Assembly: GCA_963827235.1 (NCBI GenBank)
Contig: CAWHAE010000010.1
Coordinates: 672,001-736,000, forward strand
Direction: 5' to 3'
DNA length: 64,000 bases
Origin: an uncultured bacterium
Lineage (GTDB): Bacteria > Chloroflexota > UBA5177 > JANWHV01
The notes beneath the pieces are model-generated. The model ran no database searches. It was not told where the DNA came from and saw only the letters and a program-made list of their open reading frames with translations. Both the position numbers and the translations under genes were made by a program. Shown here piece by piece: positions 9,484 through 19,945 of this stretch (position 1 is its first letter; the number at the start of each line of letters is the position of its first letter).

Positions 9484-10554
9484 ATGGCTGAGCTGGCGAT
9501 CAGGAACGTCGTCAAGTACTACGGCAGCGTGGAGGCCGTGGGAGGTATCTCTCTGACCGTGAGGAGCGGGGAGCTGCTGTGCATTCTGGGACCGTCGGGC
9601 TGCGGCAAGTCGACGACGCTGCGCATGATCGGCGGCTTCGAAGAAGCGGATGGCGGGGACATCACGATCGACGGCCGCTCGATCCTGCGGCTTCCTCCGA
9701 ACAAGCGTCCGACGGCCATGGTGTTCCAGAAGTACACGCTGTGGCCGCACATGCGCGTGTGGGACAACGTGGCATTCGGCCTCAAGCTGCGACGCCAGCC
9801 GGCCGCGGAGATCGCGAGCAAGGTCGGCGAGGCCCTGGAGATGGTCGGCCTGCCCGAGACGGCGAAGCGCTATCCGAGCCAGCTCTCGGGCGGCGAGCAG
9901 CAGCGCATCGCCCTCGCCAGGGCGCTGGTGCTGGAGCCCAAGGTGCTGTTGCTCGACGAGCCGCTCTCCAATCTGGATGCTCGTCTGCGCGTGCGTATGC
10001 GCGAGGAGATCAAGCGCATCCAGCGCCGCACGGCAATCACGTCCGTGTTCGTCACACACGACCAGGAAGAAGCGCTCTCGATGGCCGACCGAATCGCCGT
10101 GATGAGCCGGGGACACCTGGAGCAGGTCGACACCCCATCGAGCGTGTACGCGCGGCCGCAATCGCTGTTCGTGGCCGACTTCATCGGCACCATGACCACG
10201 CTCGACGGCATCTACCGCCGCGACGCACGGGCGATCGAGGTGGCATCCGCTCGCATGCCGGCGCCCGACGCGCCGTGGCCCGATGGGCAGCAGCTGCGCG
10301 TGGCCTTCCGGCCCGAGGACCTGCGACCGTCCGCCGTGCCCAACGGCGCCGCCCTGAAGGGCCATGTCGACGTGGTCATGGACCTCGGTCACTATCGCCA
10401 GGTCGAGGTGCGGCTCGAGGCCGGGCCCATGGTGAAGGTGTTCGTGCCCAAGGAGCACGTGCTGACCAGCGGCGAAGAGGTCCACCTGGCGCCCAGCCGC
10501 TACCTGGCCTTCACCGAACGCGGGGAGCCGATCGAGCAGGTCCTCCCGCACTGA
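9484..10554 (+). CDS. ABC transporter ATP-binding protein (PotA/MalK-like, C-terminal TOBE)
   Basis: GPSGCGKST, LSGGEQQR, LLLDEP, VTHDQEEA. Confidence 0.95.
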   Translation: MAELAIRNVVKYYGSVEAVGGISLTVRSGELLCILGPSGCGKSTTLRMIGGFEEADGGDITIDGRSILRLPPNKRPTAMVFQKYTLWPHMRVWDNVAFGLKLRRQPAAEIASKVGEALEMVGLPETAKRYPSQLSGGEQQRIALARALVLEPKVLLLDEPLSNLDARLRVRMREEIKRIQRRTAITSVFVTHDQEEALSMADRIAVMSRGHLEQVDTPSSVYARPQSLFVADFIGTMTTLDGIYRRDARAIEVASARMPAPDAPWPDGQQLRVAFRPEDLRPSAVPNGAALKGHVDVVMDLGHYRQVEVRLEAGPMVKVFVPKEHVLTSGEEVHLAPSRYLAFTERGEPIEQVLPH

Positions 10555-10556
10555 GC

Positions 10557-11525
10557 CTACAGCGATCGGCCCGCGGCCGCGAGATCGCGCGGTGTATTCG
10601 TGGTCACACAGTCCGCTCCGGCGGCAGCGGCGCGCGCCAGTCGCTCCCGCCAGCGCGCCGTGCCGGCGTCCAGCGTCCAGAGGTCCAGCGACATGCCCAG
10701 GCGATGAACGAGGTCGGCCACCCCGGTGACGCCGTCGTCCAGCATGCGCTCGAAGGCTTGCAGCCGCAGGTGCACGTCGCGCGCTCCGGGCGCCAGGCGC
10801 AGGATGCCGCTCAGCCTATCCGCCAGGTACTCGGCCGTCGTGGTCAGCCGGCGCGAGGCGAGGGGGTGCCTGTCGAGGTAGCCGTAGGCGCCGCGAGGCA
10901 GGAACGCCGCGTGCTCTGCCGTGAGCTCGCTCTCCGGCAGCCAATCCAGGTAGAGCGCGGGATCGATGCTCATGAACAGGCCGGGATCGACGGCCAGCAG
11001 GCGTCGCAGGTTCCAGTCGGGACCGTTGAAGACGATCCGCTCCTTCGCCGGCTGGCACAGGCGCGCCAGCTCCTCGACGCGGGGCCAGGGCAACGGATCG
11101 AGGTCCTGCATGTCCAGCTCGACGACGGTGGGACCGGGGATGGAGGCGATCATCGCCACGACCTCGGCGAACAGCGGGGGCCGGTGTGCGGTTGCCTCAC
11201 CCTTCCACGCGAGGCGCAGGTCGCCGGCCTCGCTCCGCGTCAGGTCGCGGCACCGGCGGCCGCCGGCGACCATCCCGTAACCCTCCTCGAGGTCGTGTGC
11301 CACGAGGAAGTCGGCGTCTTGCAGCATCCAGAGATCGATCTCGGCGCGCGCCACCGGGGCACGCAGGCACTCCTCGATAGCCGGCAGCGAGTTCTCGGGG
11401 TACTCACCGCTCCAGTTACAGCGGTGCGCCTTGAGCTGCACCTCGCGGCCGGACGCCGTGCGAAAGTACGAGTCGGGGTGCAGGCTCGCCGTACCGTCTG
11501 GGGCATCGGATCGGTCGATCGGCAT
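10557..11525 (-). CDS. Glycerophosphodiester phosphodiesterase (GDPD) family protein
   Basis: AHR...PENSLPAI, EID...VAHD, LWTLD, G(A)D.VTTN.P motifs; ATG 11525 just after the upstream stop. Confidence 0.8.
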   Translation of the reverse strand: MPIDRSDAPDGTASLHPDSYFRTASGREVQLKAHRCNWSGEYPENSLPAIEECLRAPVARAEIDLWMLQDADFLVAHDLEEGYGMVAGGRRCRDLTRSEAGDLRLAWKGEATAHRPPLFAEVVAMIASIPGPTVVELDMQDLDPLPWPRVEELARLCQPAKERIVFNGPDWNLRRLLAVDPGLFMSIDPALYLDWLPESELTAEHAAFLPRGAYGYLDRHPLASRRLTTTAEYLADRLSGILRLAPGARDVHLRLQAFERMLDDGVTGVADLVHRLGMSLDLWTLDAGTARWRERLARAAAAGADCVTTNTPRDLAAAGRSL

Positions 11526-11529
11526 GGCA

Positions 11530-12450
11530 TCAGGCTCCCGAGGCGACAAGAGCGCGCATGGCCATGACGACGTCGTGGTCGGCGTCCTCGTAGTGGTGGT
11601 AGTCGTGCTCGCTGATCAGCAGTCCATGGAAGCCGCGGGAGGTGACGGCCGCGAACACGTCGCGGAAAGGCAAGGTGCCGAGGCCGATCGGCAGGTGCAG
11701 ATCGCCGATGCCGAGGATGGCCACGTTCGTATGAGGAATGGCCTGGTAGAGGTTGAAGTCTCCCAGCCGGGCATGGTTGAAGCGCCCGAAATTGTCGGTG
11801 ATATGCAGGTGGGCAACGTACGGCGCGCAGGCGCGCGCCGCCTCGACGTGGTCGTAGCCGAAGAGATCGCCGGCCAGGTAGTTGTGTCCGAAGTCGTAGG
11901 TCATGCGCACCGATGGGTGGCTCAGACGATCGACGAACTCCACCACGAACTCGCTGCGCTCGACCTCGATATTCTCGATGCCCAGCACCAGGCCGTGTTG
12001 TCCGGCGAGATCCGCGGCCGTTGCAATGGCCGCCCGATAGCCTTCTTCGACCTCGCGATCGGGACTGCGTGCTTCGAAGTGGACTACCAGCACGCCGGCG
12101 CCGATCGCCGTCGCGAACCGCACGCTGGAGAGCAGAATATCGCGGTGCAGCTCCGGCTGCTGCCGGTCGCGCAGGTCGAGCACCGCCGGCGCGTGCACGC
12201 TGTAGCGGAGCGCGCTGGCGTGCGATGCGCATGCCGCGGCCACGACGTCGACGCGACGTTCGACCAGCTTGCCGCCGAGGATGCAGCCTATCCAATCCAG
12301 AGAAAGCTCGGCAGCGTCGTAACCGCCGGCAATCAGGCGTTCAAGGTGGGTTGCCACCTGCTGCGGTTGGCCGGCAAATGCACGGCCGCAACGGATGCTG
12401 CCGTTTGTACCCTGCCCGTGCGTAGACGCCTGAGAATGATCCGCCTGCAT
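11530..12450 (-). CDS. Sugar phosphate isomerase/epimerase-like TIM barrel (AP endonuclease 2 family)
   Basis: SVHAP, GIEN, YDFGH, HLHITDNFG, DLHLPIG.G.LP; RBS aggagg before ATG 12450. Confidence 0.85.
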   Translation of the reverse strand: MQADHSQASTHGQGTNGSIRCGRAFAGQPQQVATHLERLIAGGYDAAELSLDWIGCILGGKLVERRVDVVAAACASHASALRYSVHAPAVLDLRDRQQPELHRDILLSSVRFATAIGAGVLVVHFEARSPDREVEEGYRAAIATAADLAGQHGLVLGIENIEVERSEFVVEFVDRLSHPSVRMTYDFGHNYLAGDLFGYDHVEAARACAPYVAHLHITDNFGRFNHARLGDFNLYQAIPHTNVAILGIGDLHLPIGLGTLPFRDVFAAVTSRGFHGLLISEHDYHHYEDADHDVVMAMRALVASGA

Positions 12451-12795
12451 CGATACCACCTCCTCATCACTACCTGACTATCACCATACCACCGGCGGGC
12501 CGAGCAGGCAGGCCGGCGCTCCTCGAGGGGCGGAACTGAGAGCTCCGAGCCGGCGCTTCGGCAGGCCGATCCCGGGACCGCGGTCGTCTCGACCGCCTCC
12601 GGACATGCCCGGCACGGCTTCCATCGTCGCGAGACGACGAGCGGCCGCGCCACGATGTCCAGGTGCGCCCCGGTTCGACGATCGCCCGCGGCGGAGATAT
12701 ACTGCTACTACACTTGTGTTCACCCTTGGTGTGTGTCGATCGGGGAGAGAACTGGTATGCCTGGCCAACCGGTGGTGGTATCTGGGAGAACGGCT

Positions 12796-13032
12796 ATGGC
12801 GAAACTGATCTTCAGGTGGGGCGCGACGCGTGAGCATTGGTGGCACGTCGACCGGCCGTTTGACGATCCCGGCGGCAACGTCCTGGTCTGTGATTACTGC
12901 GGCCTGCGCACGACGTTAGCCTGCCCCCCGAGCACCCCATGTCCGAGGCGCGAAGGCAAGCAAGGCGACCGCTGGCTGCTCGCCGATGGATCCATTACGG
13001 CCGAGGTGCCCAACACCCGCGCGCGGTTCTAG
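12796..13032 (+). CDS. Small Cys/His-rich hypothetical protein (78 aa), possible Zn-binding
   Basis: ggag RBS then ATG 12796; HxxH, CxxC and Cx5C motifs. Confidence 0.6.
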   Translation: MAKLIFRWGATREHWWHVDRPFDDPGGNVLVCDYCGLRTTLACPPSTPCPRREGKQGDRWLLADGSITAEVPNTRARF

Positions 13033-13501
13033 CGGGCTGCCGCGCGCGTCGCTGCCCAGCCGGCGTTGAACCACACCCCCATGGGGCGGGCCGCCAGCGC
13101 CGAACGTCCCACCGGCTCCAGCCTGCCGGTGGATGGCGTGCTGGCCCTCGGCCTGGTGATACGCCCCGCCAAGCCGCTGGCAGGGGAACGGCTCGCGGGG
13201 ACATGAGCTACCCCTCCTCTCGGCGGCTGCTTCGCCCGGTAGACCGATACCGCCCGGCGGCCGGGCGATCGACACGACCGGCGCGACAGCGGGGCGCGCA
13301 AGGGCGAGCGATGCAGCGCGATGAGAGTGTTTGCGAGCGATCGTGCTGTGACTGGGAGTGCGGGCCGTCGTACGTTGGTCTCGCGGATCGACACACGGCA
13401 CATGCGTGACGACCAGGCTGGCGAACCGGGACCCGGGCTGTTGTGCTTCCGCTCACCGCGTGGTGGTGGCAGACCGCAGAGGAAACGGGGGGGTCACGAC
13501 G

Positions 13502-15310
13502 ATGGTCTTCCTGCTCGTGCTCGTGCTCGTGCTCGTGGCAGTGGTGCTGGTGTTCGTGGTACGTCGCCGCTACCGCATCCATATCAGGATCGGCGGATGG
13601 CTGCCACAGCGGATCTTCACGTACACGCTGGCTTTCGCGGCGCTGATCGCGGTGCTGTTCGCGGTGGCGATTCTCCTGACCATCGCCATTGGCACCGTCA
13701 CCCGCCAGCTTGGCGCGGTGAGCGCATCCGACCTCAGGAGCCGGGCCAGCCTGGCGGTAGCCGCTCTGATCGTCGGCTTGCCGATCTGGCTTGCGCTCTG
13801 GAGCGCGATCCGCCGGCGCCTCGCGACGTCGCCGGAGGCGCGGGATGCGCTGGAGCGCCGCGTCTTTCTGAGCGCGGTCTTCGCATCCACGGCGATTATC
13901 GCGCTCTTCTCGCTTCAAACGGCGTTGCAGGCGCTGCTGACGCTGCCCGGTCCCTCGAGCGACCATCTGCCGGCTGTCGACAGCTTCGATGCCGTTGCAC
14001 GCGCCTTGGTGTTCAGCACGGCCTGGCTGATCTTCGCCCGGCTCGGCTGGCGCGAGCGCAGTCCTCGCGCTCGCGACCCCATACACGACCTCGCCGTCTA
14101 CGCGATCGCGGTGTGTGCTCTCGGAGTTCTCTGGGTGGGGCTGATGGGCGCCGTCCAGCAGATCGCGATCGCCCTGGTTGGGCAAGAGCCGACCGATCAG
14201 CCGGCCCAGGCAGCCTGGACGATCTGGGGCCAGATCGGCAGCGAGCTGGTTGCCGGGGGCGGCGTCTGGGCGGCGTACCTGATCTACGACCTGGCCCGCG
14301 GCGGCCGGCGCCTGCTGCGCGTGCTGTATATCTACGGGGTTCTCGCCTACTCCGGGTTTGTGACGTTGCTGACCGGCGTGAGCGGGATATGCGAAACCTT
14401 GCGACGGGTATTCGGCTACCACCCGCCCGAGGGCGATTGGGTGTTCCTCTCCGACCCCAATCAGGTCACGCCGTGGGTCGTGTCCGGCGGACTGGTGTGG
14501 GCCGTCCACTGGCTGATCCTGCGCCACCAGGCACGACTCGTCGATGCCGCGCCGGCCGCCGGTGCCGTTCCGTGGCCACGGCGCCCGGCGCTGGCCACGA
14601 TGGCGTTCGTCGGGCTATGCACGTGGGTCTCCGGCGCGCTCTTCGCGGTCTGGATCGGCTTCGACGCCGTGTTCGGCAGCGCGGCCACGGAGGGCGGCCA
14701 GTATTGGTGGCGCGACACCCTGAGCACCGCCCTCGCACTGATACCGGTTGGACTAGCCGTCTGGCTGCCCAGCTGGTTATCGCTGCAGCGCGCGGCCAGT
14801 GTCGCGCCCAACCAGGAACGAACATCGTGGGAGCGGCGCCTGCTCGTGGGCGGCCTGGTAATTCTGACCGGGCTCAGCGCTCTCGGCTTCCTCATCGCCT
14901 GGCTGTGGCAGGCGCTGCGCATCGTGCTCGGCGATACGCTCGACGCCACCGTGCGTGCGAGCCTGGCTCAATTCCTTTGCCTGGCGCTGGCCACGGCGGC
15001 GGTAGCCGCCGTACACTGGCCGGTACTGCGCGACGACATGCGGGTGAAGCAGAGCCGCAAGCCGCGAACGCGCGTGATCGCCTTCATCACGGAGGGGTCG
15101 GGCGACCTGCTGGCAGAGCTACGCGCCGATCCCGGCCTCCATATCCAGGTTGCCGGGCGCATCGTCTGCGAGGAGCACATCACCGGCGCGGCGGACCTGC
15201 TGCAACGGCTCGCCGCGTCCGAGGACCGGGACCATCCCAGCGGCGCCCTGCTGATACTGGGTGCGCACGGCGGCAGCCTCTATCCATTTCTCAAGGGCGG
15301 CGCAGGATGA
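13502..15310 (+). CDS. DUF5671-type multi-pass membrane protein
   Basis: Repeated helical units (ALIVGLPIWLALW..., LRVLYIY..., LIPVGLAVWLPSW...). Confidence 0.7.
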   Translation: MVFLLVLVLVLVAVVLVFVVRRRYRIHIRIGGWLPQRIFTYTLAFAALIAVLFAVAILLTIAIGTVTRQLGAVSASDLRSRASLAVAALIVGLPIWLALWSAIRRRLATSPEARDALERRVFLSAVFASTAIIALFSLQTALQALLTLPGPSSDHLPAVDSFDAVARALVFSTAWLIFARLGWRERSPRARDPIHDLAVYAIAVCALGVLWVGLMGAVQQIAIALVGQEPTDQPAQAAWTIWGQIGSELVAGGGVWAAYLIYDLARGGRRLLRVLYIYGVLAYSGFVTLLTGVSGICETLRRVFGYHPPEGDWVFLSDPNQVTPWVVSGGLVWAVHWLILRHQARLVDAAPAAGAVPWPRRPALATMAFVGLCTWVSGALFAVWIGFDAVFGSAATEGGQYWWRDTLSTALALIPVGLAVWLPSWLSLQRAASVAPNQERTSWERRLLVGGLVILTGLSALGFLIAWLWQALRIVLGDTLDATVRASLAQFLCLALATAAVAAVHWPVLRDDMRVKQSRKPRTRVIAFITEGSGDLLAELRADPGLHIQVAGRIVCEEHITGAADLLQRLAASEDRDHPSGALLILGAHGGSLYPFLKGGAG

Positions 15311-15766
15311 GGTGGAGCTGACCGGCGCCGGCGTGCGCTTCGCCCTTGCCGCCCCCTATCGCCGCACGGATGCGCCGGAGACACCGCCGGAGTAGTGCCG
15401 GTGCCACGACGCACGGTATGAGCGCATACAGCAGCCACGTCGCGCGGACGCCCGCGTCGAGCAATCCCGCCGCGCTCCGCAGCGTGCATATTGTTGACAG
15501 GATACTGGATCAGAGCCAAGGTGAAAGCCCATCCACATAACATCCCGGTCTGGACGCGATCAAGAAATATGCAGAGCGAATTGCCCGCGGGCCTCTGGTA
15601 GCGGCCTTCGGCATGGCACTCGAAAACGCGCCGGAAATGCGCGCAGTCGGCTGCTCGCCGGCCCGTGGTTACCGCTGATGCAGAGCCGCGCACCGACCGC
15701 ACGCGGCGGCGCGGCCTCGGCAAGACCCGCGGAGGCTAGCGGCCACGACGCTCCGGTCGGCGGACA

Positions 15767-16351
15767 CTATTCGGGCGCCGTCTCCGGCACGTCCGTGTGC
15801 CGGTAGAGGGCCGCGGTGGGAAAGCGGACGCCGATACTGGTCAGCGCCACGTCGTCTCGCGGCCCGTAGAACTCGAAGAGCCCCCAGCCCTGCTCCGTGC
15901 GCCGGTACACCTCGACGCGCTGATACTCGGTACCCACCAGGACGTACTCCTCAAGGCTGGGGCATTGCCGGTAGTCGTCCCACTTGCGGCCGCGATCGTT
16001 GCGCTCCGTGCTATCGGACAGCACTTCGAGCACGACGCGTGGCGCGTCGATCTCGCTTTGTCCCCGCCTGGCCACGCCGTCCTCGGCGCAGGTCACGACC
16101 ACGTCAGCATAGCTATACCGGCTTGCCGACACACGGGTTGCCAGATCGGAGTTGTAGACCAGGCAGGGCCCGTCGCCGACCGCGGCGTGCAGCGCGGCCA
16201 AAGCGTTCACCGTTATGGCCGAGTGCGCCTGCGAGCCGCCGGCCATGGCATAGATATAGCCATCCCTGTACTCGTGCTTCGTCTCGCCGGTCCGCTCAAG
16301 GTCCCGCCATTCATCGACGGTCATCCGCGCATCCTGTCTCGCCGCAACCAT
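15767..16351 (-). CDS. Uma2 family PD-(D/E)xK nuclease-fold protein
   Basis: KHEYRDG.IYAMAGGS.AH, Y.YADVVVTC, LEVLS.STE..DRG.K..Y...PSL.EYVLV; RBS gaggagg. Confidence 0.9.
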   Translation of the reverse strand: MVAARQDARMTVDEWRDLERTGETKHEYRDGYIYAMAGGSQAHSAITVNALAALHAAVGDGPCLVYNSDLATRVSASRYSYADVVVTCAEDGVARRGQSEIDAPRVVLEVLSDSTERNDRGRKWDDYRQCPSLEEYVLVGTEYQRVEVYRRTEQGWGLFEFYGPRDDVALTSIGVRFPTAALYRHTDVPETAPE

Positions 16352-16582
16352 CGTTAGCCCTCCTCGCCCCTCATTGTATCTCCGACGATCGCACCGGTCG
16401 GCACGCCTGCCGCGGCCGTACTCGTGCCAAAGCTGGAGCCGCTGCGATCTGGCGGCTCGCTCGTCCCCACTTTTCCGAATAGCCGCGTGCAACTATGATC
16501 GAGCTGATCAGCCACTATGCCGGGGAAGACTGCATCCAGTCGCCGGCAAGGCAAGATCCGTACGGGATGGAGCTCGTGAGGA

Positions 16583-17470
16583 GTGATGAAGATGGCATCG
16601 TCGACAAAGGCGGACGGCACGGCCACCGGCGACCCCCGGCAGGGCCTCGAGCGCAGTCAAGGCGTCATGGCTGGAGAAGCGATGGCGGAGTTCATCTTCC
16701 ATTTGTTCGCGGGCAGGAACTACCTCTTCGTCACGAGGGCGGACGGTGTCGTGACGCGAATCTGGGACGTTCCGGGAATGCCATTCGACTTCCACGTTGG
16801 CGTGCCCGTGAAGGACGGCTCTCTGACCGCACAGGCGATACGATCCGGGTCTCGGCTCGCCAGATTCGTGCCACTGGAGAAGTCGCTCCACGGTTTTGCC
16901 TACTCCGGTCTCTGCATGCCCCTGAAGGAAGCTGATGGCTCGTTCGCGGGCATCTTGAGCATGACCATCCCGATGAACATGGAGCTCACGAAGGACATTG
17001 TCAGGGTTCTCGGAGATGCCACCACGACGGCGGGAGACATATCGACGTCGACCGAGCGTCTGCGCCAGACGATGGGCGCGCTGACCGGGATTACGTCGGG
17101 TGTGCGCGACGGGATGAGCGTGATTGTCGACGTCATCACGTTCATCCGAGGCGTCGCCGACCAGACAAACCTGCTGGGACTGAACGCATCGATCGAAGCG
17201 GCGCGGGCGGGCGCGTCGGGTGCCGGTTTCACGGTGGTGGCGCGTGAGGTTCGGAAGCTCTCCGAAAGCACGAAGGCAAGCATCACCGAGCTGAACGTCA
17301 AGCTCTCGGCGATGAACGAGACGCTCGCACGCATGGATCCGGAGATCGACGGTCTGAACGGCGCCATCGGCGATCTGTCGCGGTCGGTTACGACGATTCG
17401 TGAGATGACGGCGCGGCTGCATACTCTGGTGCGCGAGCTCGACGATGCGACCGCCCGGGCTTACGCGTAG
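16583..17470 (+). CDS. Soluble methyl-accepting chemotaxis protein (short sensor domain plus MCP signalling tip)
   Basis: [34 protein letters not shown]; no TM segments. Confidence 0.9.
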   Translation: MMKMASSTKADGTATGDPRQGLERSQGVMAGEAMAEFIFHLFAGRNYLFVTRADGVVTRIWDVPGMPFDFHVGVPVKDGSLTAQAIRSGSRLARFVPLEKSLHGFAYSGLCMPLKEADGSFAGILSMTIPMNMELTKDIVRVLGDATTTAGDISTSTERLRQTMGALTGITSGVRDGMSVIVDVITFIRGVADQTNLLGLNASIEAARAGASGAGFTVVAREVRKLSESTKASITELNVKLSAMNETLARMDPEIDGLNGAIGDLSRSVTTIREMTARLHTLVRELDDATARAYA

Positions 17471-17536
17471 CGGATCGACCGACATCTGTCTGGCATAGAA
17501 CGTGTACACGTATACAGTCGGCCCCGGAGGACCAGC

Positions 17537-17761
17537 ATGCGACGCAAACTGACCATCACCATTGCCGACGAGGTCTATCGTGGCCTGCACCAACAGATTG
17601 GGCGCGGCGAGATCAGCCGCTTCATCGAAGGATCGGTCCGGCCACATGTGGTCGGCACAGACGAGCTGAAAGCCGAATGTCGCGCTGCGGCGGCAGAAAC
17701 GCGGGCCGAGCAAGAGGCACTGGCCTGGATCGAAACGGCGGTCGACGGGGCGCTCGATTAA
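17537..17761 (+). CDS. Type II antitoxin (MazF/PemK partner, RHH-like)
   Basis: MRRKLTITI.DEVY.GLH..IGRG.ISRFIE; TAATG overlap with a MazF-like start. Confidence 0.75.
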   Translation: MRRKLTITIADEVYRGLHQQIGRGEISRFIEGSVRPHVVGTDELKAECRAAAAETRAEQEALAWIETAVDGALD

Positions 17762-17820
17762 TGCGCCGTGGCGACGTCTATTGGGTCGACTTCGACCCTT
17801 CACGAGGTGGCGAGATACGG
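17761..17820 (+). pseudogene. MazF/PemK toxin, only first ~20 codons
   Basis: MRRGDVYWVDFDPSRGGEIR, then similarity stops before the K.RP motif. Confidence 0.75.
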
Positions 17821-17998
17821 CATGCCGATCTCGGAGCCCCTGACGGAGCAGAACGGAGACCGCACCGGCCGCACGTACCTCTTGCAGTATTTCAAGAACG
17901 GGCGGCTCGAGTACCATCCCGAGCTGAGCGGCACGGCATACGAGGTGACGTCCGGGCAGGTGGGTCGCCAGCTCCTGCACCAGCGCGGGTGGCTCTAG
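17815..17998 (+). pseudogene. C-terminal fragment of a Chloroflexi-type surface-repeat protein
   Basis: YGMPISEPLTEQNGDRTGRTYLLQYFKNGRLEYHPELSGTAYEVTSGQVGRQLL..RGWL*, no own start. Confidence 0.7.
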
Positions 17999-18155
17999 CC
18001 GTCCGTCAATAGGCAAGCGGGTTGCGCGGTGCAGCGGCGGGACGACGCATGTGGCGACGATCAGCCGAATTCGGCCGCAATCGCTGCCTGCTCATCGTCG
18101 ACGGACCGCTGGGGCAGCCGCAGAGTGGCAGCTGGCCCGACGCCCTCAGTGCTCT

Positions 18156-19330
18156 TCAGCGCGATCGTGTAGCCGTGCGCAGCCACAATGCAACCTGCGG
18201 CGCGCAGGCCTCCCAGGGCAACAGCTGCTCCCGGTAGTCAGCGAAGGCGTGCGAGCCATCCACGGCCTGATCGCCGGACTGGAGTTCGGTGGCTAGGCGC
18301 GTGAAGACACAGACCTCGAAGGGCCGGCGTAACAACCATCTGCGGCGGCGACGCCGGACCACGATCAGGCCCTGCCAGGCATCGGCGGCAAAGGACAGGT
18401 CCACCCGCTCGCGCAAGTACCGGCCGCCGCGGCGCTCGTGGTCGAGCGGGGCGCGAAGGGCGAGGATGAGCGAATGGTCCTGGCTCGTGGAGCGCAGCCT
18501 CAGAGCGCGCACCACGCGGAAGAGCCCGCTGCGATAGGCCCGGAAGAACTGCCAGAGCAGCAGCAGGTAGTTCTGGCCGGCGTAGGCCCTGAACGTCTCG
18601 CACTCCCGCTGCAGCTGCTCCGCACTGCCGCCGTCCGGCAGCGTCTGCCGGAGGGCCGCGCCGACCTCGGAGTCGGACTACTCCTGTTCGACGACCTCGA
18701 GCACGGCCGCCAGCGTATCCACCGGGTGCTCCGTCGTCTCCTGCTGACGCTCGCGCACGAACCCCAGCTCTGCCTTGCACTGCACGTGGATGTGGTGAAT
18801 CTGCTTGATGCACATCTCGGTCAAATCGTCCCGCGTCTGCATGCGGGCCTGCTGTATCAAGCAGAGGATGAGCGTCAGGCGTTTGGGGACGGTGACGTCC
18901 TTCAGCTCAGCTGCGTCCAGCGCCTTGCACTCTGCGGCAAAGTGCCGCCGTTTGTCCTCCGGCAGGTCAAGCAGGAACTGGTCGACGGCGCCGAGCGATT
19001 CGAGCCAGGCTAGGTGGTCGAGCAGTGCGGCCAGGTGCTTGCGGCTGGGTCGGCCTAGCTGTTGCTTGAGCGCGTGGTAGGGCGCGTGCGGCGCGGCGGC
19101 GATGGAGTCCAGCAGCGCCTCGTTGCGCGCCTGATTCGCGGCAGGGACACGCGCCGCGACCTGCTGGAAGTACCGGCGATTGATCACGGCGCGGACGCGA
19201 CCCACCAACTGGTCGAGTGTGCTGAAAGCCGGCAACTCGCGGCGCAGCCGGATGAGTACTTCGACCGCGACGCTGATCAGGTCGGCCGGATTGTCGAGCA
19301 CCTGTGCCGCCTACAGCACCGCCCGCGTGG
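18156..19330 (-). mobile_element. Tn3-family transposase internal fragment (pseudogene)
   Basis: NPADLISVAVEVL...RELPAFSTLD, HFAAECKALDAAELKD, FEVCVF..LA.ELQSGD.AV.GS.AFADYREQLLPWE; stop at 18678-18680 plus frameshift; no DDE domain or IRs. Confidence 0.85.
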
Positions 19331-19377
19331 CGTAGTGGCGCCTCGATGCTGCCGCCCGCACCCAGGCATGCTCAACT

Positions 19378-19800
19378 TCAGGTCTCGTCGAACGTCCATG
19401 CGCACACGACCTGCGATTGCTCACGTGTCGCGCCTGCTGACCGATAGGTGGCGAGCGCCGCCACATTGTCGTCATCTGTGAGGACCCACATGCCGTAGCA
19501 CCCTCGTCCTCGCGCCAAATCCGCGAGCGCCCTGACGAGTGCCGCGCCACAACCCTGCCGACGATAGTGCGGATCAACGCTCAGCTCGTAGAGGAACATC
19601 TCGGTCCCCTTGTCGGGATGCGTCATTTCGACGCCGCTGACAAAGCCAACGGCCTGCTCGCCGTCGATAGCTACGAGCAGGTGATGATTCTCGCTCGCAA
19701 GAAAGCGTTGCGTGGAGTGCTCCTGAAGCGGATGGCCGAAGCATCGCTGCGCGTTTCCCAGCACGCTTGCGTCCCCTGGCCCAAGTCTCACGATGCGCAT
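19378..19800 (-). CDS. GNAT family N-acetyltransferase
   Basis: LYELSVDPHYRRQGCG, N.AALATY...G. Confidence 0.9.
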   Translation of the reverse strand: MRIVRLGPGDASVLGNAQRCFGHPLQEHSTQRFLASENHHLLVAIDGEQAVGFVSGVEMTHPDKGTEMFLYELSVDPHYRRQGCGAALVRALADLARGRGCYGMWVLTDDDNVAALATYRSAGATREQSQVVCAWTFDET

Positions 19801-19945
19801 CGCGACCCCATTCTCCGTGGCTGCCGCTGGACACTCCCGGCAGGATCCAGGATGCTGCCTCGCAGGCGTGGTCTGGTGCCGTCAGCTTTCCTGCTCGCGC
19901 CCTGCCACTGCCCTCGCTCCGGTATCCAGGATACCAGCGTCTCAT

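Noticed and set aside
12995-13204. 69-aa minus-strand ORF with a strong gaggagggg RBS
   Set aside because: Shadow-like Arg/Pro composition, overlaps the convergent small gene, no motif; cannot be supported
15310-15766. AT-richer intergenic stretch with TTGACAGG at 15494, resembling the GntR box (also 41256, 48994)
   Set aside because: Similarity is limited to the -35 hexamer plus 1-2 nt, and no gene follows at 15494; not enough to claim a shared regulon
18000-19380. Active Tn3 transposon or terminal inverted repeats
   Set aside because: No GGGG-type 38-bp IRs, no resolvase, and the transposase is truncated with a stop and a frameshift
19378-19800. Aminoglycoside acetyltransferase resistance gene
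   Set aside because: Only generic GNAT motifs; no integron/attC context; substrate cannot be called
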